Source: an uncultured Campylobacterales bacterium (GTDB lineage Bacteria; Campylobacterota; Campylobacteria; Campylobacterales; QNZT01). Taken from it: DNA of 64,000 bases. This document shows positions 48,795 through 57,465 of this stretch, one piece after another (positions within the stretch are counted from its first letter, which is position 1; every line of letters begins with the position of its first letter). Both the position numbers and the translations under genes were made by a program. Where the stretch lies: positions 51,743 to 115,742 of the forward strand of contig CAZLLE010000083.1 of the NCBI GenBank assembly GCA_964560425.1, given 5' to 3'. A model generated the notes under the pieces. The model ran no database searches, was not told the origin of the DNA, and saw nothing but the letters and a program-made list of their open reading frames with translations.

Positions 48795-49673
48795 ATGTTG
48801 AAAATAGAGTTAACTAAGAGGCTTCATGGTAGTAGTGGAGAGATGAATTTGGATATTAATCTTGAAATAGATGAGAATGATTTTGTTGCTCTAAGTGGAA
48901 AAAGTGGAAGTGGAAAAACAACATTTTTAAGAATACTTGCAGGGTTGGAAGATGCAAGAGGAGAGATAAAAATAGGTGATAAAATTTGGCTAGATTCCAA
49001 GATTAATACTCCGCCTCAAAAAAGAGAGATAGGTTTTGTCTTTCAAGATTATGCACTCTTTTCAAACATGAGTGTAGAAGAGAATCTACTTTTTGTAAAT
49101 AGAGATAAAACTCTTGCTTCTCGCTTGTTGGATATTACAGAGCTTAGTGAACTAAAAAAGCGTTTCCCAAATACCCTTAGTGGAGGACAAAAACAGCGTG
49201 TTAGTTTGTGTAGGGCTTTGATGAATAGACCAAAATTGTTACTTATGGATGAGCCATTATCTGCTCTTGATCCTATGATGCGAACAAAACTTCAAAATGA
49301 GATTTTGACACTTCACTCTGAATTTGGAACAACTACTATTATGGTCAGTCATGATAGTAGTGAAATTTATAGATTGAGTAATAGAGTATTGATCTTAAAT
49401 CAAGGAAAAATTATTGATGATGGTCTTGCAAAAGATGTTTTACTAAAGACAACAGGCTCTCAAAAATTCTCTTTTGAGGGTGAATTGCTAGATATTATCA
49501 AAGTAGATGTGATCTATATAGCAATTATATCTATAGCTCAACAGTTAGTTGAAGTTGTAGTTACTTCCAAAGAGGCTCAAAATTTGACTATTGGTGAAGT
49601 GGTGAATGTTAGTACAAAAGCTTTTAGTCCGACCATCTCTTCAAAGGGGAAAAGTTTTCCCCCCTTAAAGTGA
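48795..49673 (+). CDS. modC: molybdate ABC transporter ATP-binding protein
   Basis: Motifs are Walker A GKSGSGKTT, signature LSGGQKQRV and Walker B LLLMDEP. A short TOBE-like tail is present. Confidence 0.88.
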   Translation: MLKIELTKRLHGSSGEMNLDINLEIDENDFVALSGKSGSGKTTFLRILAGLEDARGEIKIGDKIWLDSKINTPPQKREIGFVFQDYALFSNMSVEENLLFVNRDKTLASRLLDITELSELKKRFPNTLSGGQKQRVSLCRALMNRPKLLLMDEPLSALDPMMRTKLQNEILTLHSEFGTTTIMVSHDSSEIYRLSNRVLILNQGKIIDDGLAKDVLLKTTGSQKFSFEGELLDIIKVDVIYIAIISIAQQLVEVVVTSKEAQNLTIGEVVNVSTKAFSPTISSKGKSFPPLK

Positions 49674-50678
49674 TTTTTTGATTCTATAGTTGATCTGTTT
49701 TATTAGAGATTCCCAATTTACAGCTTTTTCTCTATTCATGATAGATGCATGATTGCTTGTGTTCCAGTTTAGATATTTTGCTGGATTTAGCCATTTGTTG
49801 AGGTATCTAATCTCATAGTGTAGATGAGCTCCTGTGCTTCTGCCTGTGCTACCTACATAGCCTATTATATTACCTTTATATACATACTCACCCTTTTTGA
49901 CCTTATATTGACTTAAATGTCCATACGCAGTTTCAAATCCATAAGCATGATTTATAAGTATAAATTTCCCATAGCCACCTTTATTACCTACAAAAGAGAT
50001 AACTCCATCAGCTGTAGCACGAATTGGTGTACCTTTTTTGGCAACTAAATCTATACCTGCATGAAAACTTTTTTTATGAGTTATTGGATGTGTACGATAA
50101 CCAAATTTACTAGATACTCTTTTGTATGGGATAGGTCTATCATTTGGAATATTTTTCTCAAGAGTAGTTGTCAAAGCTTTTGATAACTTTTTTTGAATAA
50201 ATTTTTTCCTATTTTGACTATTTGCTTTTATGTCAGCTGCTTTTATTCTATCACCAAGAGCTGCATCCATATCTGGTTCAAGTCCAATCTTTTTCTCTAT
50301 CTCTTGTAGATGTTCATTCATTGATTCTAGTTTTTGACTATCATCAGTTATACTTTGTTGTAGTTGTAGATTTTTACTAATTAGTGTATGTTTTACATCT
50401 TCTAGCTCTTTTTTTTCTAATAAGAGAGTTTTATGCTCTTTTTTAAGTTGTTGATTTTGATCAATAAGTTGTTGTTGTGAATCTTTTAATTCTTGTGTAT
50501 ATAATGCATAATCATCAACCCTAACAGATAGAGTTTTTAGTAATATTGCACCTATAATAATAATTAGGATTACTCCTAGAAGTACCCATTTTGCAACTAC
50601 TTTAATGAATTGATTCAGTGTATATTGTCTGATCCCATTTATATCACTTATGGTAATCATGAACTGGTTTTTCATCAT
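49665..50678 (-). CDS. M23 (LytM) family metallopeptidase with coiled-coil region
   Basis: It has an N-terminal TM, a Q/L/E-rich coiled coil, and catalytic motifs HAGIDL and GAHLHYEI. Its 3' end overlaps modC by 9 nt. Confidence 0.88.
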   Translation of the reverse strand: MMKNQFMITISDINGIRQYTLNQFIKVVAKWVLLGVILIIIIGAILLKTLSVRVDDYALYTQELKDSQQQLIDQNQQLKKEHKTLLLEKKELEDVKHTLISKNLQLQQSITDDSQKLESMNEHLQEIEKKIGLEPDMDAALGDRIKAADIKANSQNRKKFIQKKLSKALTTTLEKNIPNDRPIPYKRVSSKFGYRTHPITHKKSFHAGIDLVAKKGTPIRATADGVISFVGNKGGYGKFILINHAYGFETAYGHLSQYKVKKGEYVYKGNIIGYVGSTGRSTGAHLHYEIRYLNKWLNPAKYLNWNTSNHASIMNREKAVNWESLIKQINYRIKKSL

Positions 50679-50688
50679 TTCTTTCCTT

Positions 50689-51687
50689 CTATACTTTGCA
50701 TAAACTATTTTCAGTTAATGCAAAGAGTACCTCTTCTAGGGTATCTCTATATTTCGAGTATTCTACTTGTAGTGTTCCTGCATTAAGATGACCTCCTCCT
50801 CCTAGTTTTGATAGGATTTGTGCAATATTAGCATTAGAGTTTTTGTTGATAATAGATTTACCTACTGCAAATACAATATTTTTTTTATCTTTAGCTGGAA
50901 ATATATGAATTGATGTATTTGCATTTGGAAAAAGTGTATAGATTAAAAAACGATTTCCGGGATAAATTATCTCTTCATCTTTGAGATTGAGTATTATAGT
51001 TTTATCTTCTAGGGTTGCACATCTTTTTAGTTGATCTATAAATTGTTGTTGATATTTATTATAAAGTTCAACTCTCTCTTTTACATCAGGAAGTTGCAAA
51101 ATTTCACTGATTGTATATTTGTTACAATAATCGACTAAATCCATCATAAGAGAGTAGTTAGATATTCTAAAGTTTTTGAACTTTCCAAGATTAGTGCGTG
51201 GATCCATTATAAAACTAAGTAGATTCCAACCTGTTGGATTTTTGATTTCATCTATAGTATATTTTGCTTGATTAGCATAATTTAGTGCATCTATCATCTC
51301 TTTGAAATATAAAGGAAAATCAGCACCAACTCTTTGATAATAGCTATATATTACCTCTGCTGTTGATGAAGCATCAGTAAATAGTACATGATTTGCATTA
51401 ATAATAATATTTCCAATTGTATGTGTGTAGTGATGATCAAATGCTTTATTTACACCTTGTGCATATGGTAAATTTGCTGTGATATCATCTAAACTAATTT
51501 CGATTTTACCATCTTGCATATCCTTTGGATGTACAAATTTAATATTATCGATGATCTCAAGATATTTGAGTAGAGATGCACATATAATACCATCCATATT
51601 ACTTCTAGTTAATAATCTATATTTTTTTGTGTTGTTGTTGGCTTGCATATTTTGGATCCTCAATTTTTGATATAAGTACCAAACCAT
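50689..51687 (-). CDS. DHH/DHHA1-family phosphoesterase
   Basis: Motifs are NMDGI, AFDHHYTH and GGGGHLNAGT. The track start lies inside a 20-bp inverted repeat. ATG 51648 (MQANNN...) has a GAGGA RBS and is the likelier start. Confidence 0.7.
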   Translation of the reverse strand: MVWYLYQKLRIQNMQANNNTKKYRLLTRSNMDGIICASLLKYLEIIDNIKFVHPKDMQDGKIEISLDDITANLPYAQGVNKAFDHHYTHTIGNIIINANHVLFTDASSTAEVIYSYYQRVGADFPLYFKEMIDALNYANQAKYTIDEIKNPTGWNLLSFIMDPRTNLGKFKNFRISNYSLMMDLVDYCNKYTISEILQLPDVKERVELYNKYQQQFIDQLKRCATLEDKTIILNLKDEEIIYPGNRFLIYTLFPNANTSIHIFPAKDKKNIVFAVGKSIINKNSNANIAQILSKLGGGGHLNAGTLQVEYSKYRDTLEEVLFALTENSLCKV

Positions 51688-51720
51688 AATAAATATTTTG
51701 TTTATTATGGTTTGGTACTT
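51674..51720. repeat. 20-bp perfect inverted repeat (7-nt spacer)
   Basis: The arms are AAGTACCAAACCATAATAAA and TTTATTATGGTTTGGTACTT, separated by tattttg. No flanking T-run is present on either strand. It shares the core GGTTTGGTA/TACCAAACC with the hairpin at 34755. Confidence 0.85.
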
Positions 51721-51759
51721 ATTACAAATCAGATCGACAAAAAGGGAAAAAAGTGAAGC

Positions 51760-51787
51760 TTTTTCATGAGTGTTGAATCATGAAAAA
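51760..51787 (-). terminator. AT-rich stem-loop downstream of the LysM gene
   Basis: TTTTTCATGA-8 nt-TCATGAAAAA forms a perfect 10-bp stem. On the minus strand a T-rich stretch follows after about 9 nt. This is a weak terminator candidate. Confidence 0.35.
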
Positions 51788-51795
51788 ACTTGCTA

Positions 51796-52650
51796 TTATT
51801 GTGGAATTCTAAGTTTTTGTCCGGGATAAATTAATCTTTTATTTTTTATAAGCTCGGGGTTGGCTTTGATAATTTTTTTATATGCAGATACTGTACCATA
51901 AGCTTTTAGAGCAATTTTTGAGAGTGTATCACCACTTTTGACAGTAATAAATTTCATCTCTTTCTCTCTTGTTTTTATCTCTTTTGCAATTGATTGAGTA
52001 TATTTTGTCTTTTTCTGTTTTTTGAAATCCTCTTTAAAGTCTTTCTCTATCTCATCATTAATTAACATAGACATTCTTGAGAGTGCATCTAGTTCAAGAG
52101 TATTCTCTTTTTTTGTTACAACAACTTTGTTAAATCTCTGCATATCTTTCTCTGATAGATTATCACCTGCCTCTTTACTCTGCTCCTCTTTTGTCATCTC
52201 TAAATTAGTATCATTTTGTACATTATCTAATCTATCTACTTCTGCTTCAACAAGTGATGATATAAAATCTTTATTATCTGTTTGTGCATCTTTTGTTTTG
52301 CTAGAAGCACTATTCATTTGTGCCATAACTGCTTGAACAATCATACTAATATCTTCAGCTTTCAAGTTTCCTGTTTTTATTTGAGGAGCTTGTTGTGTAG
52401 TAGGAGTTGAGATATTTTGTGTTTGATTTGATCTTATATTATCCTCTTTAATCATATATTTATATCCAAACATAATTAGATAAGCTGTGATAATAAATAG
52501 AACCAAAATAATTAAAATTTGAATTATACTTCCAAAAGGAGTGTTACTCTCTTCTTTATTTTCTTGCGTATCTTTAACATTCAAATTACTATTTGCACCA
52601 TATTGGTTAAAGTCATTTTCCAAATGCTCAGATTCTTCTCTTTTAAACAT
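51796..52650 (-). CDS. LysM-domain membrane protein
   Basis: It has one TM (IIQILIILVLFIITAYLIMFGY), a low-complexity linker, and a C-terminal LysM (ITVKSGDTLSKIALKAYG...IYPGQKLRIP). Confidence 0.85.
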   Translation of the reverse strand: MFKREESEHLENDFNQYGANSNLNVKDTQENKEESNTPFGSIIQILIILVLFIITAYLIMFGYKYMIKEDNIRSNQTQNISTPTTQQAPQIKTGNLKAEDISMIVQAVMAQMNSASSKTKDAQTDNKDFISSLVEAEVDRLDNVQNDTNLEMTKEEQSKEAGDNLSEKDMQRFNKVVVTKKENTLELDALSRMSMLINDEIEKDFKEDFKKQKKTKYTQSIAKEIKTREKEMKFITVKSGDTLSKIALKAYGTVSAYKKIIKANPELIKNKRLIYPGQKLRIPQ

Positions 52651-52661
52651 CTTCTTTTCCT

Positions 52662-53333
52662 TTACTTATTAATCTCTTTTTGTACTACTGTTGTCAGTCC
52701 TAGAATTTTCCATCCTTGAAAACCATCTCTATAATAGAAAATTTTATCTGTTGGATATCCATATTTTAATAGTCCATTTATTAATCTTCGTGATTGATCG
52801 CACCATAGGCCATTATCAAAAATAGTTAATTCTTTTGCTTTTTCAAAATTCCATTTACCATCTTTATCTATGTTCATTCCTAGAAGTGTAAAGATTTTTG
52901 CGATTTTACTTTTTTTTGCTCTTTCCATCACGGGATAAGGAATATTAACTGCTGATGGTATAGTTTCAATCTCATGCCATCTTTTTAATCTAGCATCCAC
53001 TATAACTCCTTGTGCTTTTTCCACCTTGTTTTTGATAAAGCTCATCAACTCTACTTCTCCAACTGTTTTAATATCAGGGTGAACTTTCATAGGATGTATA
53101 CAAAATGGTGGACACTCTCTTGCTACTTTTACATAATCATCAGTTAAGATATTCTCTGTATCTTGTATTCTTTGTACACGAACTTCATTTCCTAAATGGT
53201 ATAGGTTGACATAAGGTATATCTTTTGTAATTTTTACATGTATCTGCTCTTTTTGCATATCGACACTATTTTGAGAAAATAGAGAGCTACTAAATAAAAC
53301 TCCACTTGCTATTGCTACATTTATAACTTTCAT
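52662..53333 (-). CDS. secreted rhodanese-like domain protein (paralog A)
   Basis: It has a signal peptide. Motifs are CPPFC, DARLKRWHEIETIPSAVNIPY and a putative active-site loop FDNGLWCDQSRR. It is clearly paralogous to 55047-55694. Confidence 0.65.
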   Translation of the reverse strand: MKVINVAIASGVLFSSSLFSQNSVDMQKEQIHVKITKDIPYVNLYHLGNEVRVQRIQDTENILTDDYVKVARECPPFCIHPMKVHPDIKTVGEVELMSFIKNKVEKAQGVIVDARLKRWHEIETIPSAVNIPYPVMERAKKSKIAKIFTLLGMNIDKDGKWNFEKAKELTIFDNGLWCDQSRRLINGLLKYGYPTDKIFYYRDGFQGWKILGLTTVVQKEINK

Positions 53334-53345
53334 TATTTTTCCTTG

Positions 53346-55037
53346 TTAATAATCTATGCTAAGTTCACTCATGTGAACTGCTTTATTCATCTCTTTTAAG
53401 AGGATAGGGTTTAGTTTTATTATATTCGCTAAATCACTACTATTTGGACTCTTTTTTATATATAGTGGTTTGAGCTTTTTCCATAGGGTTTGAACCTTTA
53501 TAAGCTGTTGTTTAATTGATTTATTACTTACAGGTATAACTTTTATATTTTCATCACCTTTTAAGAGTGCCAAAAGTGAATTTTCAAATAGAGCAATAGT
53601 CTCATCTAACTTTTTTTGGTTACTGTTTTGGTTTAAATTTGCTACTGTTAGTAGTTTCTCTTTTGCCATCTTTTGTGTTAACATTCTTTGTCTTCCTGCA
53701 ACATCAATAACTTGTGTTCGTACGACATCCATGTATCCATCAAAATTCTTATTTTTCTTATATAGTTGCACAAGGGTATTTGAAATTTTTAGTAGATTCT
53801 CATTGTGTGAAGCAATAAATATAATATCTTTCGGATCTGTTTTTTGAGTATTACTAATATTTTGAATATGTTTATAAAAAGGTTGCCACTCCTCTTGAAT
53901 AGTTTTTAGTTGTGTAAGAATATTTTTATCTGTTGTTGGTATTAATTGTAGATCTTTATCGCCATTTATAAAGCCATTTAGTGTTTTGTTGTATAAATTA
54001 GAGGCTTTTTTTAGCTCTTTTTTACTATTTTTTACCCCAATGTTTGATGCAATTAGCAGTGAAAGTTTTGACATTTTTTGTGTCAACATTCTCTGCTTTC
54101 CTGCTAGATTAATAACATGATTTTTTTCACTTTTTAACTCCATAAAATTACCAACAATAGCTGATAAGTTTTTCATGAGTTTCTCTTTTCTTATTGAGTT
54201 TTCATATAGTGAAACAATTTGATTCATCTGTGTACGAAGTGAGTCTAGTTTAATAATACTCTCTTTTAATTTTCCTCTATTTTTTTGAAGTTTCTTATAA
54301 TCAAGAGATGGTTTAATATCTTCCCAATCTTTTTGAGCAATTTTTAACTCTTTTTTAATTTTGGTTAGTTTAGTTCCCTTTAAATTTAGTGAACTATCTC
54401 CATTTTGTAACCCTTTTAATATTTTGTCAAATAGAGATATAGTTGTTTGTAACTCTTTTTTATTCTCTTTTGTATTGATATTATTAGTGATTAGGAGAAT
54501 CTCTTTTGCTATTTTCTGTGTAAGCATTCTCTGTTTTCCAGCAAGGTTGATATCATTTGTCAAACTTGATTTTAAGTTAGAACTATCTCCCCTTTTGATA
54601 TACATCTCTACAACTTTATTTATCTCTTTTAAGAGTTGTAAATTTATTTCTGCTATAGAGTGATAACTTTTTTTAGATGATCTGTTATGTAAAATATTTT
54701 CAATATCTTTATGAAATTTTTTCCAAATTTTTTCTACGATTTTTAGTCGTTTTTGAATTTTTGAATTTTTAATAGCTACAAGATTTAACTCTTTATCTCC
54801 ATTGATTAGACCATTAAGTGTCTGCTCAAAAAGTTTAATACTATGATTTAGGTTTTTTATATTTTTCTTTTTATCAATACTAGATTTAATTAAAAATATC
54901 TCTTTTGTTATTTTTTGTGATAACATCCTCTGTTTACCTGCCAAATTTATAGTTGTGGCTAACTCTTTATTTGATAAGGCAAATGATAGAGATGGTAGTA
55001 GTAGTAATAAAATAAAAATTTTCTTTATATATATCAA
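53346..55037 (-). CDS. secreted protein made of four tandem PilJ/NarX-type (NIT-like) sensor modules, no output domain
   Basis: TTG start and a signal peptide ending LSFALS. The motif AG(K/R)QRML(S/T)QK occurs at residues 33, 166, 312 and 447. I see no TM segment or catalytic/HAMP/MCP domain after the signal peptide. Confidence 0.7.
   Translation of the reverse strand: MIYIKKIFILLLLLPSLSFALSNKELATTINLAGKQRMLSQKITKEIFLIKSSIDKKKNIKNLNHSIKLFEQTLNGLINGDKELNLVAIKNSKIQKRLKIVEKIWKKFHKDIENILHNRSSKKSYHSIAEINLQLLKEINKVVEMYIKRGDSSNLKSSLTNDINLAGKQRMLTQKIAKEILLITNNINTKENKKELQTTISLFDKILKGLQNGDSSLNLKGTKLTKIKKELKIAQKDWEDIKPSLDYKKLQKNRGKLKESIIKLDSLRTQMNQIVSLYENSIRKEKLMKNLSAIVGNFMELKSEKNHVINLAGKQRMLTQKMSKLSLLIASNIGVKNSKKELKKASNLYNKTLNGFINGDKDLQLIPTTDKNILTQLKTIQEEWQPFYKHIQNISNTQKTDPKDIIFIASHNENLLKISNTLVQLYKKNKNFDGYMDVVRTQVIDVAGRQRMLTQKMAKEKLLTVANLNQNSNQKKLDETIALFENSLLALLKGDENIKVIPVSNKSIKQQLIKVQTLWKKLKPLYIKKSPNSSDLANIIKLNPILLKEMNKAVHMSELSIDY
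53346..55037 (-). repeat. four tandem intragenic repeats of about 400-440 nt
   Basis: The conserved core codons for AGKQRML sit at 54921-54941, 54522-54542, 54084-54104 and 53679-53699 (computed from the ORF frame). The flanking LFE/LFD...LNGL(I/Q)NGD...W pattern recurs in each unit. Confidence 0.75.
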
Positions 55038-55046
55038 TTAATTCTC

Positions 55047-55694
55047 CTACTGTTTTGGTACAATTGTACTTAATCCAAGAAGTTGCCAAAACTGCATACC
55101 ACCTCTGTAATATGAGATTTTATCTTTTGGATAACCATGTTTGATTAAGTTTCTCATTCCACTAACAGCTTGTTGACACCAAGGTCCATTATCAAATAGA
55201 AGTAGTTGCATAGCATCTGAAAAGTTCCAACCTTTTTTACTTTTAGTTGCTCCAAATAGTTTAAATATCTGATCTACATAAGGGTTGTCTTCATCTGCTG
55301 AGAGAATAGAAAAAGGTATATTTACAGCCCCCGGTATTGTACCGTTTTGGTGCCATTTTGGCATTCTTGCATCAACTAAAGCACCTCTGTTATTTGATAG
55401 CTTTTTTTGAATAAAATCAAGTACATCTAGTTCAGAGATTGCAACAATACCCTCTATTGGCTCAAGTGCTTGAACACAAAATGGTGGACATGGTCTAGAT
55501 GTTTTTGCATAACTATTATTTAGTTTTTTTTGTGTATCTTGAACTCTTTGAATTTTCATTATTTTGCCCTCAAATTCAACCTCCACAAATGGTAAATCTT
55601 TTTTGATATTAACCTCTAAAGCCGATAAATTAGCCGTAAATGAGAGTGCTACCATTATTGTTGTTACTATTTTTGGTAAATATACTCTTTTCAT
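55047..55694 (-). CDS. secreted rhodanese-like domain protein (paralog B)
   Basis: It has a signal peptide. Motifs are CPPFC, DARMPKWHQNGTIPGAVNIPF, FDNGPWCQQAVS and GYPKDKISYYRGGMQFW. It is colinear with 52662-53333. Confidence 0.65.
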   Translation of the reverse strand: MKRVYLPKIVTTIMVALSFTANLSALEVNIKKDLPFVEVEFEGKIMKIQRVQDTQKKLNNSYAKTSRPCPPFCVQALEPIEGIVAISELDVLDFIQKKLSNNRGALVDARMPKWHQNGTIPGAVNIPFSILSADEDNPYVDQIFKLFGATKSKKGWNFSDAMQLLLFDNGPWCQQAVSGMRNLIKHGYPKDKISYYRGGMQFWQLLGLSTIVPKQ

Positions 55695-55825
55695 GTTGCT
55701 CCTTGTATAACTATTTTAAATTCTCTTAAGCAACTTCTATTCCTATACTCAGGTTATTAATTTATTCTTCTTTTTTCCGATCTTAAGTACATGAAGTAAA
55801 TATTTATATATTAGAAGGATGGGAG

Positions 55826-56614
55826 ATGGCATTTTTCTCTAGAATGGGCAAAAAAAAAGAGAACAAAAATTTTTATAGTGTTTCTACAATTATCACAGAA
55901 GGGACAAGTAGTTTTGGAAATATTGTGGGTAATGATACAATCCATGTAGATGGAAATGTAGAGGGTAATATCAAGGTAAATAATATTGTAATTATCGGTA
56001 AAAGTGGTGTAGTAAATGGAAAAATACAAGCACAGCAGGTGATGATCAGTGGTGAAACATCAGGGCAAATTATATGTAACTCTCTTGAAGTTATGGATTC
56101 AGCAGTTGTTAGTAGTCATGTAAAAGCAAATAAGGCGTTGGTTAAGGGTGTTATTAAGGCTACAATCCATTGTGATGGTCTTTTTGTAGAGAAAAATGGT
56201 GTTATTAGAGGAAAAGTACAAGCCAAAGATTTAGTGGTAAGTGGAATTGTAAATGGTGATGTTGCTTGTAATGTACTTTCAATCAAAAAGAGTGGTTTTG
56301 TTCGTGGTAAAATGTTTGTCAATAATATGATAAATGAAGGTGGTAAAGTAGAGGGAGCGATTGGACTTTATAATGATTTATTAACTCCAGAGCAGATGGC
56401 TAAACTTAAAAATGGTAAATCTGTTAAACTACTTGAAATGTCAGATTATTATGTAGATGTACCAACAGAGGTTGAAACTGAATCAAAAATTAAAGATATT
56501 ATAGAGCAAGTTGTCTCATATGAGGGTGAAAAAAATCCAGAACTTGGATTTATTGCTCCAAAAGAGTCAATAGATGAAGATTTTGTTGATGTTGATTTTG
56601 AGGCAATACCTTAA
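55826..56614 (+). CDS. ccmA: bactofilin-family cytoskeletal protein (CcmA-like) with acidic C-terminal extension
   Basis: It shows a repetitive beta-helix pattern (IHVDGNVEGNIKVNNIVIIGKSGVVNGKIQAQQVMISGETSGQI...). The RBS is AGGATGGGAG. Confidence 0.85.
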   Translation: MAFFSRMGKKKENKNFYSVSTIITEGTSSFGNIVGNDTIHVDGNVEGNIKVNNIVIIGKSGVVNGKIQAQQVMISGETSGQIICNSLEVMDSAVVSSHVKANKALVKGVIKATIHCDGLFVEKNGVIRGKVQAKDLVVSGIVNGDVACNVLSIKKSGFVRGKMFVNNMINEGGKVEGAIGLYNDLLTPEQMAKLKNGKSVKLLEMSDYYVDVPTEVETESKIKDIIEQVVSYEGEKNPELGFIAPKESIDEDFVDVDFEAIP

Positions 56615-56661
56615 AACCATTTTGATAACATGGAGTTTAAAAAAATTATAGTAGGTGATTT

Positions 56662-57465
56662 TTGAAAATTCCATATATTAGTATATTTTTGTTATTAATA
56701 ATTGTAGGGGTCTCATTTTTTGGCTCATATTTTTATAATATCTCTCCTTTTGAATTAAATAAAGAGGCAATTTTATTGCCTCCCTCTTTTGAGAATCTAA
56801 TGGGTACAGATCGTCTTGGTCGTGATGTTTTTGCACGGATAATGGAGGGTGGAAAAGTCTCTTTGATTATTGGTGTAGGAAGTGCTTTGATTGCTAGTTT
56901 TACAGGGCTTATGATCGGTGTTTCTGCTGGTTTTTTGGGTAGAGGTGTTGACAAGCTTGTTATTATTTTGATTGATCTATTTTTGACATTTCCTACTTTT
57001 TTCTTGTTATTAGCTTTGATTAGTTATATGAATGCATCTATTTTGATTTTAGTAATTGTAATCTCTATTACTGGATGGATGGGTATGGCTAGAATGATTC
57101 GTAGTGAGAGTTTTGCTATTAATTCAAAACCATTTATTAAGATACTCAAAATTTCAGGCGTTAGCAAAGTTAAAATTATTCTCAAATATTTTACTCCTCT
57201 TCTTGCTCCTATATTTTTTATTAGTTTTACTTTTGGTGTTGGTGGTGCAATTTTGGCAGAGAGTGGACTAAGTTTTTTGGGGATTGGTATTATGCCTCCA
57301 CAAATTAGTTGGGGAAGTGTTTTGAGTGAGGGTAAAGATGTTGTTGATATTGCTTGGTGGCTCAGTTTTTTTCCTGGTTTGATGATCTTTTTGATAATTT
57401 ACTCTTTGGCAAATATATCTGATTTTTTACAAAGGTATACAAATCAAAAAGATAAGGTCGTATAG
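56662..57465 (+). CDS. ABC transporter permease, DppC/OppC/NikC-like (no cognate ATPase or binding protein adjacent)
   Basis: TTG start and six TM helices. Motifs are LMGTDRLGRDVFARI and the EAA-like loop ...FIKILKISGVSKVKIILKY.... Confidence 0.8.
   Translation: MKIPYISIFLLLIIVGVSFFGSYFYNISPFELNKEAILLPPSFENLMGTDRLGRDVFARIMEGGKVSLIIGVGSALIASFTGLMIGVSAGFLGRGVDKLVIILIDLFLTFPTFFLLLALISYMNASILILVIVISITGWMGMARMIRSESFAINSKPFIKILKISGVSKVKIILKYFTPLLAPIFFISFTFGVGGAILAESGLSFLGIGIMPPQISWGSVLSEGKDVVDIAWWLSFFPGLMIFLIIYSLANISDFLQRYTNQKDKVV

Noticed and set aside
55811-56029. 72-aa minus-strand ORF overlapping the start of the bactofilin gene
   Set aside because: The + strand bactofilin reading has a strong RBS and a clear repeat signature. 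The minus ORF is Tyr/Ile/Cys-rich noise.
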